Assembly: GCA_963676835.2 (NCBI GenBank)
Contig: CAXXFF010000003.1
Coordinates: 640,001-704,000, forward strand
Length of the DNA stretch: 64,000 nt
Direction of reading: 5' to 3'
Source of the DNA: Marispirochaeta sp.
GTDB taxonomy: Bacteria; Spirochaetota; Spirochaetia; JC444; Marispirochaetaceae
Positions 39,601-49,361 of the stretch are shown piece after piece. The position numbers were made by a program, and so were the translations under genes. Below the pieces are notes generated by a model, which was given only the letters and a program-made list of their open reading frames with translations, did no database searches and was not told where the DNA came from. Numbering within the stretch: position 1 is the stretch's first letter; every line of letters starts with the position of its first letter.

Positions 39601-42600
39601 AGTCCATGGGAAACTCTCCGTTCGGTACTGAAAGGCAACAGCAGGCATGTCGCCGCTGTCCGGTTCATAGGGGCTTCTTACCCGGGCCATACGGCCGAAG
39701 CTGTCATACTCCCGGTACTGGCTGTTCAGGTTCTGGTCGGTAAGCTGCAGTTCTTTGCCGTATTTATAGTCCCACTGCATGCTGGTGGAATAGCTTGGCG
39801 TACCGGAAATAATAGAGTTGCCCGTACCAATAGTAAGCGGGAATGTATGCACACTGCTGTCGTAAACAACAGCAGTTTCACAACCCCGGGGATCAATAAC
39901 GGAAGTCAGGTTGCCAAACCCGTCATACGCAAGGGTATGCAGGGTATAGTCATCCCTGGTGTAGTACTGTTCAAGCTGCCTGAGGTTTCCGGTATCAGCG
40001 AAATACCGCCCTATGCGCTTGCGCAGGAGATTATCTTCGGCATCATACACAAGAATGGTTTCCGGGTGGGCATGCATATAGGCGTCTGCATCGAGATCGG
40101 CATAGGTAATTTCTGCCCGCATGTCATCCTCGGGGTCGCCCACAAGGCCTGCATCGGTAAGCTCCCGGACATTACCGTAGGAATCATACAGAGTATATTC
40201 CATCAGCTTATCCAGCCTGGCGCCGGTTTCCTGGTCGAAAACGGTTTCCGTTTCACTCTCCAGCCGGGGAATAACGCTGCCGGAGGCAAAGGGAATATAG
40301 CTGTAGGTCATGGAGCTTTCACTGTATTCCTGTGCCGCCGGATCGAGAGGATGCACGTCGTAGACGGCCCGTTTGATCAGCAGCCCCCGGCGGAAAAAGT
40401 TATCGTCATAGGCAGGATCAACCGCATAGGTGTCCTCCTGTACCGAAGCAATGGCGGTGTTTGCAGGAACCTCGGAATCGTAGTTTTCATAGCGCAGGGT
40501 TCTGACGGTGGTAAAGCCGCAGAACATCCGTTCCGTTCTATCGTATACACCCTGTTCAAACTCAAAACCCGTAACAAACTCATGGGCTCCGGGACGTTCA
40601 GTATCGCCTTCAATGCCGTCCTTCATGGTGATTGTTTCAGGGACCCATCTGCTCTGGGGCATTTCCACGGTGTTACCCACTCGTTTGTAGCTCAGCTCGG
40701 TGCTGCCGCCGAAGGGGGTATGGATGGTTTTCAGCAGGCCAACCGTGCCGAGGGCGGATTCCATTACCCGGATTCTGTTTTCTCCAGGTACCCGTAAAAC
40801 ATGGTCGGGAAGCCCGTCGCCGGTAATATCCTGAAACTTTAAACTTGTAGATGTATGTACATACGAACCACTTATTCCCGGAGTCATTTCAAACAGGATT
40901 AACCACAACACAGGGATTTGAAATGTTACCGTACCGTTTACCCCGAGGGAAAGACCGGCGGAATATTCCAGCGTATCATCAACATTAAAGGGATTCAAAC
41001 CGGCACCAAACTTATCTATAAAATCAAGTCCCCCAAGATCTATAGAGAAATCAGGAAGAGCTGATATATCGATGCCTGTAAAATTTCTTACCGCGGAAGT
41101 TATTTCATTACAAATTGATGCGGTCATCATTCCTGCAAAATTTATACCAGACCAATCGGGCCTATAAATTTTAACCGGTTCTTCCGCGAAAGTATCGCCT
41201 AAATTGAAGCAGACCTCAAAGAATCCTTCATCAGGCATTTTTGCCACCTGGTCAGGTAAGCCGTCTCCATTCATGTCCAGCATACGATAAATAGTTCGAT
41301 TCACAGAACCAGTTTCACTCCCGCTTGCGCCGAAACCGATAGCACCGGCAGTTACGCCGGTTGATACCGATCCACCGAAACTACCTGCATTGCTGTATTC
41401 AATTCCTTCTGACTCTTGCTGGCTTTCGAATATTTCGGGCAACAAAACTTTATATAGCCCCCCATTCCATTGAGTTTGTGGATCGAAACCGTTTCCGGTA
41501 TTCAGGGCAACTGAAGAGGACCCGCTGCCAGTACGCTCCAACTGGTCCGGCAAACCATCTCCATTGATATCCCTGAAACCGATGTTCTGGATATTAGACG
41601 AGGTAGTGCCGTTTATGCTTACACTTGCACCGGAAGAACCATCCGTAGCAGTTATCTGGTTGGATTCAACCTTTCCATCCTTATAAGTCTGCATAATCCC
41701 GCCAATAACCGCCATGGGGGAAGAACCGAAGCCGTAACATTCATTGCTGCTTTTTGTCATATAATTGAGTCTGGCTGACAACCCCGTTTCGTTCTGCAGT
41801 GTAAACGTATTATCTGATGCTATGCTTCCATACTGCACCGTAACAGAAGTACCGCCATCTGAAGGGAACTGGACTACATCCGGATACCGATCGCCGTTGA
41901 TATCTATAAAATCCTTGTACATCCATGAATTACCGGTATTCCTGCTTCCACCGATAAGATTCATAAACGCGCTGAGATTGATATCAACGTTGTCATTCTT
42001 GCTTTTTCTCAAATCGCCCAGCTGTCCCTGACCACATAATGTAGAGCTTGTAGGTGCTGAATAATAGAGGTCACCACCTAAACGTGCCGGGTGATACCTG
42101 TCTTCCTGCAAATAGGGAGCAAACGTATATTCATTAAATACCATTGTGCCTGTTTCATCCCATTCAGCTTCAGAATAGGAAGAATTGCTGCCAATCCAGG
42201 CGTTTTCAGGTACAAGTTCCTTGTATACGCGCCCGTCCTCAGTAATTTTATAGGAATCATCCTCCTCGCTATAGTTAGGTGACATCGCTAAAAACCAGGG
42301 TGGATCAACAGGATCACTGCTCTGCAATACCTCAAGGGAAGGAACCTCTCCGTTGCCCTCTTCATATTCGGGTACTTCTACAAGCTTCTCGGCATCCCAG
42401 TCGTAATACCCGGTCCAGACTCCGTAAAACCAGCCATGAACTCCACCGGCAAAAGATTCTCGGCTGTAAGATTTTTTGGACAGATTATTAAGATAATCAC
42501 CCTCCGATGAAGAAGGCAGGCTTTCAGGAAATTTTGCAAGGATAAGATTATCCAGAGCGGAATAATCGATAAGGTTTAGATCCGAGTAATCGGAGAGAGA

Positions 42601-45600
42601 ATCAGCCTGACGGAAAAGAACTTTTTTATTTATCGATATACCTTCACTGTCAAATACCGGCAAGCGGCAGCTGCCTGCAGAAACATCTGTAACAGTTGTA
42701 TCCGAATTTTCCGGTGAGAAACTCGTTAGCGCTGTTTCACTCACCAATCCTTCGTCGGTGACTTCAAAATCACCATTGGCATTATAGATAATTCCCCTCT
42801 CAAGCTCAGTCCAGGTCCGGATGCCAAGATCCGATAAAGATGAAATAACAACTGCAGTATCCTCAGGCTTATCAAGAATGTCCTTTATCACATAGTTACT
42901 GTCGTCATCAGAGTAGAATGGAAAAACCTCATCCATCGCACGGTAACGGCCGCATGCTAAAGTGAATAATGCCGTTTGATCAACGTTAAAATTTTGCTGC
43001 AGTGAATACCAGTTATTTAAATCTGAATCTAAGTACTCTACAAATAATTCAGTAATATCATTACGTATCCCTGCATCCTGAGAAGCCAGGAAAATTGCAA
43101 ATTCATCTTCACTTAACAGAATAATTCCCTGTATGCCGGGGTCAATAGTATCAAGGATTGAATCCGGAATATCATGAAGAGCATCAGTTTGCTGTAGATA
43201 TATAAGCAGGCCGCTTTCAAACCCCGGGCCTTTCGGCATATAAGTATCCAAAAACTCATCATATTCAAAAGAATCTGTCATAGAGAGAAGATCAGCCTCG
43301 CTTAGCCCAGAAGAGGCTGCCAGCCAGTCAGTGCTGCTTACGGGAAAAAGAGAGGAAACCCCATACTGCTCCCCGGAAATTACAGAAGGGATAACAGTCT
43401 CTTCGAACAACGCCTCCGGTATCGATTGAAGCAAGGAAGTCTCACCTTCCAAATTAAAAAATCGCGTAATACCATCTTCAACAACTTCACAATGAAACCC
43501 ATCACCTGTTTCGGAGACTGTTCCGGCAGGTGTTGTACCTGATTCATCATGCTTAAGAATTTGTGGTTCTGCTCCTGCATTTAAAATGTATGAATAGGAT
43601 GGATTTTGAGTATCTTCCTCCAGAAAAACCTGGTCCAGTAGAAAACTACCATTTTCAATTAACACCTTTTCACTGCCATTCCAGTCAGCCTCAAGTCGAA
43701 TTTCCGGAGAAAGATCCTCGTCAGTAACCGTAGCAGTAAGCAGACGAAACTCACCGGTAGAATCCGGATAGCCCTGAGGCAAATCTTCTGCATCCGGGTA
43801 CACCAGCGATCGTAAGGCATCCATACCGATAAGTGATCGCCACGGATCATCATATTTACGAATAACTGCAAGTCCGGCTGAATCTGTACAATAATAGACC
43901 TTCTCTTCCGGAGAATAGGTAAAAGAATAAAAAAGTGTATAACGATCAGACGCAGAAATCTGGTGAGTAAAGCCAACGGGAGTAATATTGTAGTCAGGTG
44001 AGACTAAATTAAGCAGAGGTTCAAACATGACTGCAGGAACTCTGGTAAAGTTAAGGTAACAATTTCTTATTAACACATCCTGCAGAGTGGGATTGGCTTC
44101 TACAAGTGCTTTCCAGTTAGAACGACGGTTATAAACCCTGACATTCTGCTCATCGATTTGTTCAAAGGTGGAGGTGTAGAGGGGATCAAATCCCGAATCA
44201 CCATCAGGTAGGCTTCTGTAAGTCTTTAATGGAATGTCCACAAACGTGCTGAGGTCCTCCATTGATTCCAGCAATTTGATAGAGGAGTAGTGAATAGTGG
44301 AGTTCCATAAAACATCATCTCCTCTCGGATCTCCTTTTGTATCAAGATGAAAATATATTGGCTCTCCTTTATTAATATGAACATTTTCAATCTCCAGAGG
44401 GTTTGTACTTACTCCACCTGGCAAAATATCACTGGCAGCTTCTATCCCTCCCGGCGCCCGCACTACAGCAACAGCATCACAATAACTGCTGAACCCGGTT
44501 TCCACAGGAGTAAATGAATTGGACACATTAACGGTTCCGGACCTGTAGGCCTTCCATTTTCTGACTGGCTCCTGAATAAAATAGCCTTTCTCCAGGCTGG
44601 CGCCTTGCTTGCTCGAAACCTCGGCTATTTCACTGCTGTCAGAAGGAGTTTCGATTATCTTTGAAATAAATCCTTTACCCTCATTATTCAGATAATATCC
44701 GTCAAAATCGGTGGCTGCAAAATCTACAAAACCATCTCCATTCAGATCAGAAAAACTGCTTCTTGTTTTTGATTGCCCCCACTGCCAGGTAGTCGATCCG
44801 CTTAAAGGAATAACTCCAGCGGAAAGTCCGAAATTGTATGATGAAGATCGGACCTCATTAACATTTCGCGACAGAGAACCAAAATCTATAGCCTTAGCTC
44901 CAGTGTTGAAAACACCTTCATCCTGAGGGAAACACACCGCATCCTTTCCTCTGGACAATACGACATCTGACAAACCATCTCCGGTTAAGTCCATAAGTGA
45001 CAACTCAGTTCTGGCTTTGGAAGTATTTGCATCGGCACGTAATCCAAAATGGGCATACCGTTCCCACTTAAGGCCGCCAAAGAAATCAATTTTGGGCCCA
45101 TACAGACCAATCCCCGTGTACAGGCTTACACCTACTCCGGAAGTCCGGTCTTCCTGCAGAGCTGGCACTTTGGCAGGATCTTCAAGCACAATGGACCGCT
45201 CCCCTTCCCCGAAACCTTTATACCCGTCACCCTGAACCTCCGGCTCATAGTAATCAAAGCGGTAGCAGTAAAACTCACTGCCGGAGCCGTCGCTTTCGGA
45301 AAGCTCCGCCAACTGGGTCTGGCCGAAAATATTCTGTCCATAGGTAAAATCATAACGCCGGAACATGAGACCGTCATAAGAAACCTCAACACCTTGTAAC
45401 AGGCGGGTCAGCTTGGAGACAAACTTGCCCCGGGCATCGCTGCGACGGTCCGGCCTGGCTTCGGGAGAAGAGTCCATGTCAAAATGAATACGGTAGAGCC
45501 CGGTCGAGCCGTCTCCGGTATGGCCGGAATAACGGATATCGGAAAGATACGCTGTCTTGTTTGCAAGGTCTTTATCGTAGGAATAATCCGCCGTATTACC

Positions 45601-46707
45601 GTTGGAATCAATAATCCTGCTCAAATACCAGTGGTAGATTCTGCTGCGGTCACCCGCATCCGGACCCGTCCAGCCGTCGCCGGTGCCGTAGATACGCTTC
45701 GTTCCGCCCTTGTCGGTAACCTCCCAGCGGCGGTCATCATTCACATACCAGAGTATCCGCTCAAAGCTCCCCTCTTTCCGCCGGATGTACTTCATGGCAC
45801 CGTCTTCCATTTCGCCGCTGAAGAGCAGCTCCTCTCCGTTCAACAGAAAAGTATCTTCCGTATCGTAATCGGGAAGGCCGAAACGGGTATCGATGGAAAC
45901 CGACGGTACACTTATGTCAAAGCCCCGGCCCATCCAGCTGTTCTGCTGTTCCGATGAGTAGGAAACAGACAGCTGAGGCGTTGCGGAACCCCGCCCTTTG
46001 GGAATGCGTAAAGGCAGTGAAAAGCCTGCGCCCCCCATGGTGTCCGCCTTAAGGCCCTGCACCCGGGGAACCTCCGCCGTTGGGTCGGCTGCTTTGAGGT
46101 CTTTTATACTGTTGACATTAAACTCCACCGCCTGAGGCCCTTCCGGCAAAGTCAGGGTGGAGGTAATCATATCGGTAAAATGGGTGGTAAGGCTGGTAAT
46201 AACTGCGGCATCATGGTCGATACCGTAACGTTCAAGCTTGTTCCATTTTCCCGGAGCCTCATCATAATACCAAGTGTAAAGATTGGAGAGAGCTGTTTCC
46301 GAAGCAAGTATCTGCCTGTCGAAGGGAAGGGAGACTTTAACCGCCCGGGAAAAGGTCTGTCCGTCGGGGAGAAAACGGTATCCTGCCGCCCCGGAGGTTA
46401 CATTGGCCATACCGCTGTTAAGCCGGGCAATATTGCTAAGCTTTTCTACGGTAATGACGGTAGTTTTGCTTACTGCCCCGGAGGGGACCTCCATGGAGAC
46501 CTCGGGCGAGCGGAACACTCCTCCTTCCCCGGGAGTAACGGTAAACTCGGCAATAACCTCATTGCCCGGTTCCTCACTCACCTGTACCGCCGGCGTGGTT
46601 GGAGAGAGAGAAACCTCTCCGGGTTGGGCGAAAACAGGGGGAGCAACGGAGCTCAAAAAGAACAGCTCCAGAAGGAAAAAGCTTATTAGCCGGTTTCTTA
46701 TATTCAT
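36637..46707 (-). CDS. Giant TcB/TcC-like SpvB-FG-GAP-TcdB_midN-Rhs polymorphic toxin with Sec signal peptide and ZU5-like N-terminal domain
   Basis: Signal ending PPVFA|Q; SpvB motif GGAGFSLPL...PQLSVSYSS...WMGRGFD; six DxxGD(G/R)xxD repeats; GLLKTIHTPFGGSTELSY; many YD repeats; Rhs core ending DPTGL; ~200-aa AT-rich tip. Confidence 0.92.
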   Translation of the reverse strand: MNIRNRLISFFLLELFFLSSVAPPVFAQPGEVSLSPTTPAVQVSEEPGNEVIAEFTVTPGEGGVFRSPEVSMEVPSGAVSKTTVITVEKLSNIARLNSGMANVTSGAAGYRFLPDGQTFSRAVKVSLPFDRQILASETALSNLYTWYYDEAPGKWNKLERYGIDHDAAVITSLTTHFTDMITSTLTLPEGPQAVEFNVNSIKDLKAADPTAEVPRVQGLKADTMGGAGFSLPLRIPKGRGSATPQLSVSYSSEQQNSWMGRGFDISVPSVSIDTRFGLPDYDTEDTFLLNGEELLFSGEMEDGAMKYIRRKEGSFERILWYVNDDRRWEVTDKGGTKRIYGTGDGWTGPDAGDRSRIYHWYLSRIIDSNGNTADYSYDKDLANKTAYLSDIRYSGHTGDGSTGLYRIHFDMDSSPEARPDRRSDARGKFVSKLTRLLQGVEVSYDGLMFRRYDFTYGQNIFGQTQLAELSESDGSGSEFYCYRFDYYEPEVQGDGYKGFGEGERSIVLEDPAKVPALQEDRTSGVGVSLYTGIGLYGPKIDFFGGLKWERYAHFGLRADANTSKARTELSLMDLTGDGLSDVVLSRGKDAVCFPQDEGVFNTGAKAIDFGSLSRNVNEVRSSSYNFGLSAGVIPLSGSTTWQWGQSKTRSSFSDLNGDGFVDFAATDFDGYYLNNEGKGFISKIIETPSDSSEIAEVSSKQGASLEKGYFIQEPVRKWKAYRSGTVNVSNSFTPVETGFSSYCDAVAVVRAPGGIEAASDILPGGVSTNPLEIENVHINKGEPIYFHLDTKGDPRGDDVLWNSTIHYSSIKLLESMEDLSTFVDIPLKTYRSLPDGDSGFDPLYTSTFEQIDEQNVRVYNRRSNWKALVEANPTLQDVLIRNCYLNFTRVPAVMFEPLLNLVSPDYNITPVGFTHQISASDRYTLFYSFTYSPEEKVYYCTDSAGLAVIRKYDDPWRSLIGMDALRSLVYPDAEDLPQGYPDSTGEFRLLTATVTDEDLSPEIRLEADWNGSEKVLIENGSFLLDQVFLEEDTQNPSYSYILNAGAEPQILKHDESGTTPAGTVSETGDGFHCEVVEDGITRFFNLEGETSLLQSIPEALFEETVIPSVISGEQYGVSSLFPVSSTDWLAASSGLSEADLLSMTDSFEYDEFLDTYMPKGPGFESGLLIYLQQTDALHDIPDSILDTIDPGIQGIILLSEDEFAIFLASQDAGIRNDITELFVEYLDSDLNNWYSLQQNFNVDQTALFTLACGRYRAMDEVFPFYSDDDSNYVIKDILDKPEDTAVVISSLSDLGIRTWTELERGIIYNANGDFEVTDEGLVSETALTSFSPENSDTTVTDVSAGSCRLPVFDSEGISINKKVLFRQADSLSDYSDLNLIDYSALDNLILAKFPESLPSSSEGDYLNNLSKKSYSRESFAGGVHGWFYGVWTGYYDWDAEKLVEVPEYEEGNGEVPSLEVLQSSDPVDPPWFLAMSPNYSEEDDSYKITEDGRVYKELVPENAWIGSNSSYSEAEWDETGTMVFNEYTFAPYLQEDRYHPARLGGDLYYSAPTSSTLCGQGQLGDLRKSKNDNVDINLSAFMNLIGGSRNTGNSWMYKDFIDINGDRYPDVVQFPSDGGTSVTVQYGSIASDNTFTLQNETGLSARLNYMTKSSNECYGFGSSPMAVIGGIMQTYKDGKVESNQITATDGSSGASVSINGTTSSNIQNIGFRDINGDGLPDQLERTGSGSSSVALNTGNGFDPQTQWNGGLYKVLLPEIFESQQESEGIEYSNAGSFGGSVSTGVTAGAIGFGASGSETGSVNRTIYRMLDMNGDGLPDQVAKMPDEGFFEVCFNLGDTFAEEPVKIYRPDWSGINFAGMMTASICNEITSAVRNFTGIDISALPDFSIDLGGLDFIDKFGAGLNPFNVDDTLEYSAGLSLGVNGTVTFQIPVLWLILFEMTPGISGSYVHTSTSLKFQDITGDGLPDHVLRVPGENRIRVMESALGTVGLLKTIHTPFGGSTELSYKRVGNTVEMPQSRWVPETITMKDGIEGDTERPGAHEFVTGFEFEQGVYDRTERMFCGFTTVRTLRYENYDSEVPANTAIASVQEDTYAVDPAYDDNFFRRGLLIKRAVYDVHPLDPAAQEYSESSMTYSYIPFASGSVIPRLESETETVFDQETGARLDKLMEYTLYDSYGNVRELTDAGLVGDPEDDMRAEITYADLDADAYMHAHPETILVYDAEDNLLRKRIGRYFADTGNLRQLEQYYTRDDYTLHTLAYDGFGNLTSVIDPRGCETAVVYDSSVHTFPLTIGTGNSIISGTPSYSTSMQWDYKYGKELQLTDQNLNSQYREYDSFGRMARVRSPYEPDSGDMPAVAFQYRTESFPWTAVTVNKISHDTASSEDMLTATFADGLGRIIQTAKEGEVRDGNDTLYGWNCSGLIAQDGAGRTVQEGQTVFLETADSQPVSGGLNTVLPALAGLSLPTIKTYDPLDRVKHIVFPDDPKDPDDDAEMQMEYGIEGNTMRELTIDPKQNRTETLKNIRGQVAELRMLDSGSRILKKAEYSYSPLGELQQSLEHQLETGLTYPVTYQYDLAGRRTSVESYDAGKIVFRYDDSGNLTEKIDSNLRASGRSIRYDYDGLNRLIRVNYPKTTATEYAYGSPVDTADNLAGRLITRSDASGTIEYAYGKLGEVSETIRTLNRLDQTLDAETASTSFVYDYLGRLEEITYPDGETVAYTYNTGGQVQSVTGITKGQSTTYIEDIGYDTYGQRVYMKYGNSVETHYTYNPYRRWLDSIETGKEGAARRYQNISYSFDTVGNITGYTNDVYGYTTTQTYGYDALNQLTGADGTYRHHPDGIDVTTSIYSQDYVYDSLGNFQQKNSSQRYVPSTTPKGALNYEQEYSYYEGTPHRVQWIGNIYYSYDKNGNVIEERKGGPSAEAEAGESTLSVDGDLRSVNRGFALMRTEEDDQASTYCRTYTWDEENRLVGFDTTNTQVKYLYDADNMRTSKYNLSASEETLYFDQFFQGVTEGSDFRQSKHIYLGESRIATRLSLEKDNISGTNFDYERVNTYYYHPDHLGSAQFVTDHEGEKYEHLEYTPYGELWEEQIDPLADVIPFRFTGKEYDEETGLYYYGARYLDPKRGRWMSSDPAMDGMNWYGYCSNNPLKYVDPTGLADVIGEHVKTGEIITDRQYEPTKFTAEVFRSRSSYESKYGELDTQGKDFLVISAETILGEKGKHFVGGLQTVDIQTEGNRDQPISGSQLQGNTIAPGKFDMEYKSTSGSIPGVVLEIQNTSTIDGTVIGRDGNAVGGGANRGGRWLYHGNASLGNPEVDYNNKGSDGCFIPSSSEFNDSIDFMESWGIQEGTIINGLLKEF

Positions 46708-46756
46708 GTACTACTCCAGTTTTTAATTCACATTTTTTATCAGTTTACGTTTGTCG

Positions 46757-47428
46757 CTATAATTCGGTAAAAATCACATGCACCGATTCCTGAGGGAAAC
46801 TGTCTTCAGGAGAGATAACCACCAGATACCCGTTAGCCCCGCTCTGGTGCAGAGGCGGTTCCTCATCGAGAAATGTTGTTTCCAGCACATCGTTCAGATA
46901 GAGCTGATAGTTGCTTTCGCTGTTATCCCAGACAACCCGGATGCGGTTGCCTTTGTTGTAACCGTCAAGCAGGTTGTCCGAATCGGTCCAGGGAAAAAAC
47001 GGAAAGAATTCATCATCGACAACTTCTCCCACAATGTATTCAGCCGATGCATTTATCAGAACCACCAGCATGGTTTCCCCTGTATCCGGGTCGCCTGAGT
47101 CATAGTGGCAGAGAACAATTCCGTATCCTGCGACATCAGACCCGGAAACCTTATTACACTTTACTTCCCGTTCTGAAAAAGGATCTGCACTAGTACCGTT
47201 TAAAGCCCACAGGGTGTACCCCAGGGGGCTCCACCAGGCGGTATCGTTGGTAAGAAAAACAACTTCCCCCGGCCCACCGCCGTCAACAAAAAGCTCCCCC
47301 ACCTCTGCGATATCTTCACCGCCGGTACCGGAAGATGTGGCAGGTGTCGGGGTTACCGGACACCCGGTCAAAAGAACTGATAGAATAACCAGACCGAGGC
47401 AGAGACATCCTTCAATACGATTCTTCAT
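46757..47428 (-). CDS. Lipoprotein, beta-sandwich (concanavalin/DUF1080-like) domain suspected
   Basis: Lipobox VLLTGC; GYGIV...NRIRVVW...YQLYLND pattern; starts 1 nt after the upstream stop. Confidence 0.7.
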   Translation of the reverse strand: MKNRIEGCLCLGLVILSVLLTGCPVTPTPATSSGTGGEDIAEVGELFVDGGGPGEVVFLTNDTAWWSPLGYTLWALNGTSADPFSEREVKCNKVSGSDVAGYGIVLCHYDSGDPDTGETMLVVLINASAEYIVGEVVDDEFFPFFPWTDSDNLLDGYNKGNRIRVVWDNSESNYQLYLNDVLETTFLDEEPPLHQSGANGYLVVISPEDSFPQESVHVIFTEL

Positions 47429-47429
47429 A

Positions 47430-48251
47430 TCAGCCGTCCGAATGGGGAATGGGCGAATCGCTCACAAATACCAGGGTGTATTCGATAACCGTTCCACCGG
47501 CTAACGGAGATTCATCTATGCAGACATCGGGATCGGGAAAAATCTTGAAGCGGAAAGCTGCCTCGGCAAACTGCTCATTATCGATGCAAAAAGCCTGGTC
47601 GCTGGTTATCTGCTCCGAAGCCCCTGCACCTTCCCGGAGATACCGGAGACAGGAACCATCCACTCCTATGGCGGGACTCTGCTGAACAACCTTCAATGTA
47701 AGGCGGTGTCCCGGATCGATGACAACATAAAACCAGTCATCATCCTGTATCCAGCGCATTCCCCCGCTCTGCTGATAGTAGTAGCTATTGCAGCTTAAGC
47801 TCACCTCGTTGCAGGGAAAATAGAAGGCAGAATCTTTGGTGTCGTTCGACTCATGGAGATCCTTGATACACTCATTGCCGATTCCCAGGGCGGGTTCCGA
47901 CGGGCCGAACTCGCTGTTTCCCTTAAGCTTGGCAAGGGTATACAGGTAGCGTTTTTCATCTTCAACGGCAGTATCGTTGTAGCTCCTTCCTGTGCCCTGG
48001 TATACTGTTGAATAGACCGGAACAACGTCGGTATCCTCCGCCCGGCGGAGGATGTACTCGTCAGCAGCTTCATCATCATCCCAGGAAACCTGAACAGAAA
48101 GTTCCTGCTCAAAGGAGATCGCATATGGCGGAGAAATTTCCGGATCCCGGGCAAGCCGGTTCATGGCGTCCATAAGGTCACCGTCGCAGCCGTAGATAAT
48201 TATGCAGAGAACCGTCAGCAAAGTAAGCCGGGAAAGAAATACCTTGTACAT
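47430..48251 (-). CDS. Lipoprotein with fibronectin-III-like and PPC-like segments
   Basis: Lipobox IIYGC; VSWDDD...YILRR...VYQG...YNDT...YLYT; ESNDTKDSA...DDDWF; AGGAG upstream. Confidence 0.7.
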   Translation of the reverse strand: MYKVFLSRLTLLTVLCIIIYGCDGDLMDAMNRLARDPEISPPYAISFEQELSVQVSWDDDEAADEYILRRAEDTDVVPVYSTVYQGTGRSYNDTAVEDEKRYLYTLAKLKGNSEFGPSEPALGIGNECIKDLHESNDTKDSAFYFPCNEVSLSCNSYYYQQSGGMRWIQDDDWFYVVIDPGHRLTLKVVQQSPAIGVDGSCLRYLREGAGASEQITSDQAFCIDNEQFAEAAFRFKIFPDPDVCIDESPLAGGTVIEYTLVFVSDSPIPHSDG

Positions 48252-48317
48252 TTTTGCTCCTGTTTTTTTGTTTTCTTTTTTCTATTCATCTCTTCATTTC
48301 TACTTTTACCAGATTCT

Positions 48318-49361
48318 TTATTGCTTCAATTGGCCGATGCGGTAGTGCCCGGACAAGCCCAGAACAAGGGCAGCCTGCACGGGAGAGTAGAACGCAAACT
48401 CCAGAGCAGACCGGACTCCGATAGTCCAGGAATCAGTCAGCCCGTAGCGGTAGCCAAGCTGCAGAAAACAGCCCGCTGCGGTGTTGAAGGTGGAGTAGGC
48501 ACCGTAATAGAGCCGGTCCTGAAAGAGCAGATCGAACTGCATGCTCAGCCCGCCGCCAAGGTCTATAAACTGATTCTCCGCCAGCCCGGCACTCATGGTA
48601 AGGGGAAGATTCAGCCTGAAGCTGTGCAGAATAAAGCTCTCGTAATCCGCATCATTGACCGCAAGCGAATAGGCCAGGGTTAAGCCTGTCTGAAACTCCC
48701 AGGGAACATCCCCCCGCATAAACAGGGGCTGCACCGGGGTAAGCAGAAGACCTGACTCAAGCCGCGCTATCCCGGTGGATGTTTCCCCCCAGTCCCCTCC
48801 CGCGGGGGTCCAGTAATTTAAGTACAGAGGCAGAACGAAGATATTCTTCTCAGGAGCCGGCATGGGATCATAGGCACTCATGCCCAGGTCGGTATACAGA
48901 TAATCCAGGATTTTCCTCGTCAGCTCCTGCACCAACCGGTCATAATGATCCGCCGTATCCCGGGCAAGAAACAGTATCTCGATCTTCCGTGTTTCATGGT
49001 TATACATTCTCAGTTCGCAATCCCAGCCTATTTCCGTTCGGGTAAAAAAGCCGAAGAGCAGATAGGTAATGCCCCGGTCAGCACATAAGCGGGCAGCCTC
49101 CAGGTATCCTTCCGGAGAGTCCGCCCCTTGAGAGAGAGATTGAATCTGAGCAATGCCCTCATGATCTGTAATCTTAATGCTTTTCAGCAGATCGCCTGTA
49201 AAATCTCCACTGTCTATTTTTTCAACCCGATCCTCTGTCAGATTTCGGATGGATACCGGCGCCAGATAGATATCCAGAGCATGAAGTTGTAACAAGGAAC
49301 AAAGCAGAAATAATAGGCATAGAATTAAACGCCTGAGAGATGCTCTTGTATAATCAGCCAT
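48318..49361 (-). CDS. Exported protein with N-terminal alpha/beta (TolB-N/CsgG-like) domain and C-terminal outer-membrane beta-barrel
   Basis: Signal ending LHA|L; YLLFG...ELRMYN; alternating strands such as LQLGYRYGL...WTIGVRSALEF...LGLSGHYRI. Confidence 0.6.
   Translation of the reverse strand: MADYTRASLRRLILCLLFLLCSLLQLHALDIYLAPVSIRNLTEDRVEKIDSGDFTGDLLKSIKITDHEGIAQIQSLSQGADSPEGYLEAARLCADRGITYLLFGFFTRTEIGWDCELRMYNHETRKIEILFLARDTADHYDRLVQELTRKILDYLYTDLGMSAYDPMPAPEKNIFVLPLYLNYWTPAGGDWGETSTGIARLESGLLLTPVQPLFMRGDVPWEFQTGLTLAYSLAVNDADYESFILHSFRLNLPLTMSAGLAENQFIDLGGGLSMQFDLLFQDRLYYGAYSTFNTAAGCFLQLGYRYGLTDSWTIGVRSALEFAFYSPVQAALVLGLSGHYRIGQLKQ

Noticed and set aside
39274..40797. 507-aa plus-strand ORF
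   Set aside because: Antisense shadow of the GC-rich YD-repeat region; no motifs.
36637..46707. Complete insecticidal Tc (ABC) toxin or T6SS Rhs effector
   Set aside because: No TcA, PAAR, VgrG or EagR in the window and a signal peptide is present; unlinked partners cannot be excluded.
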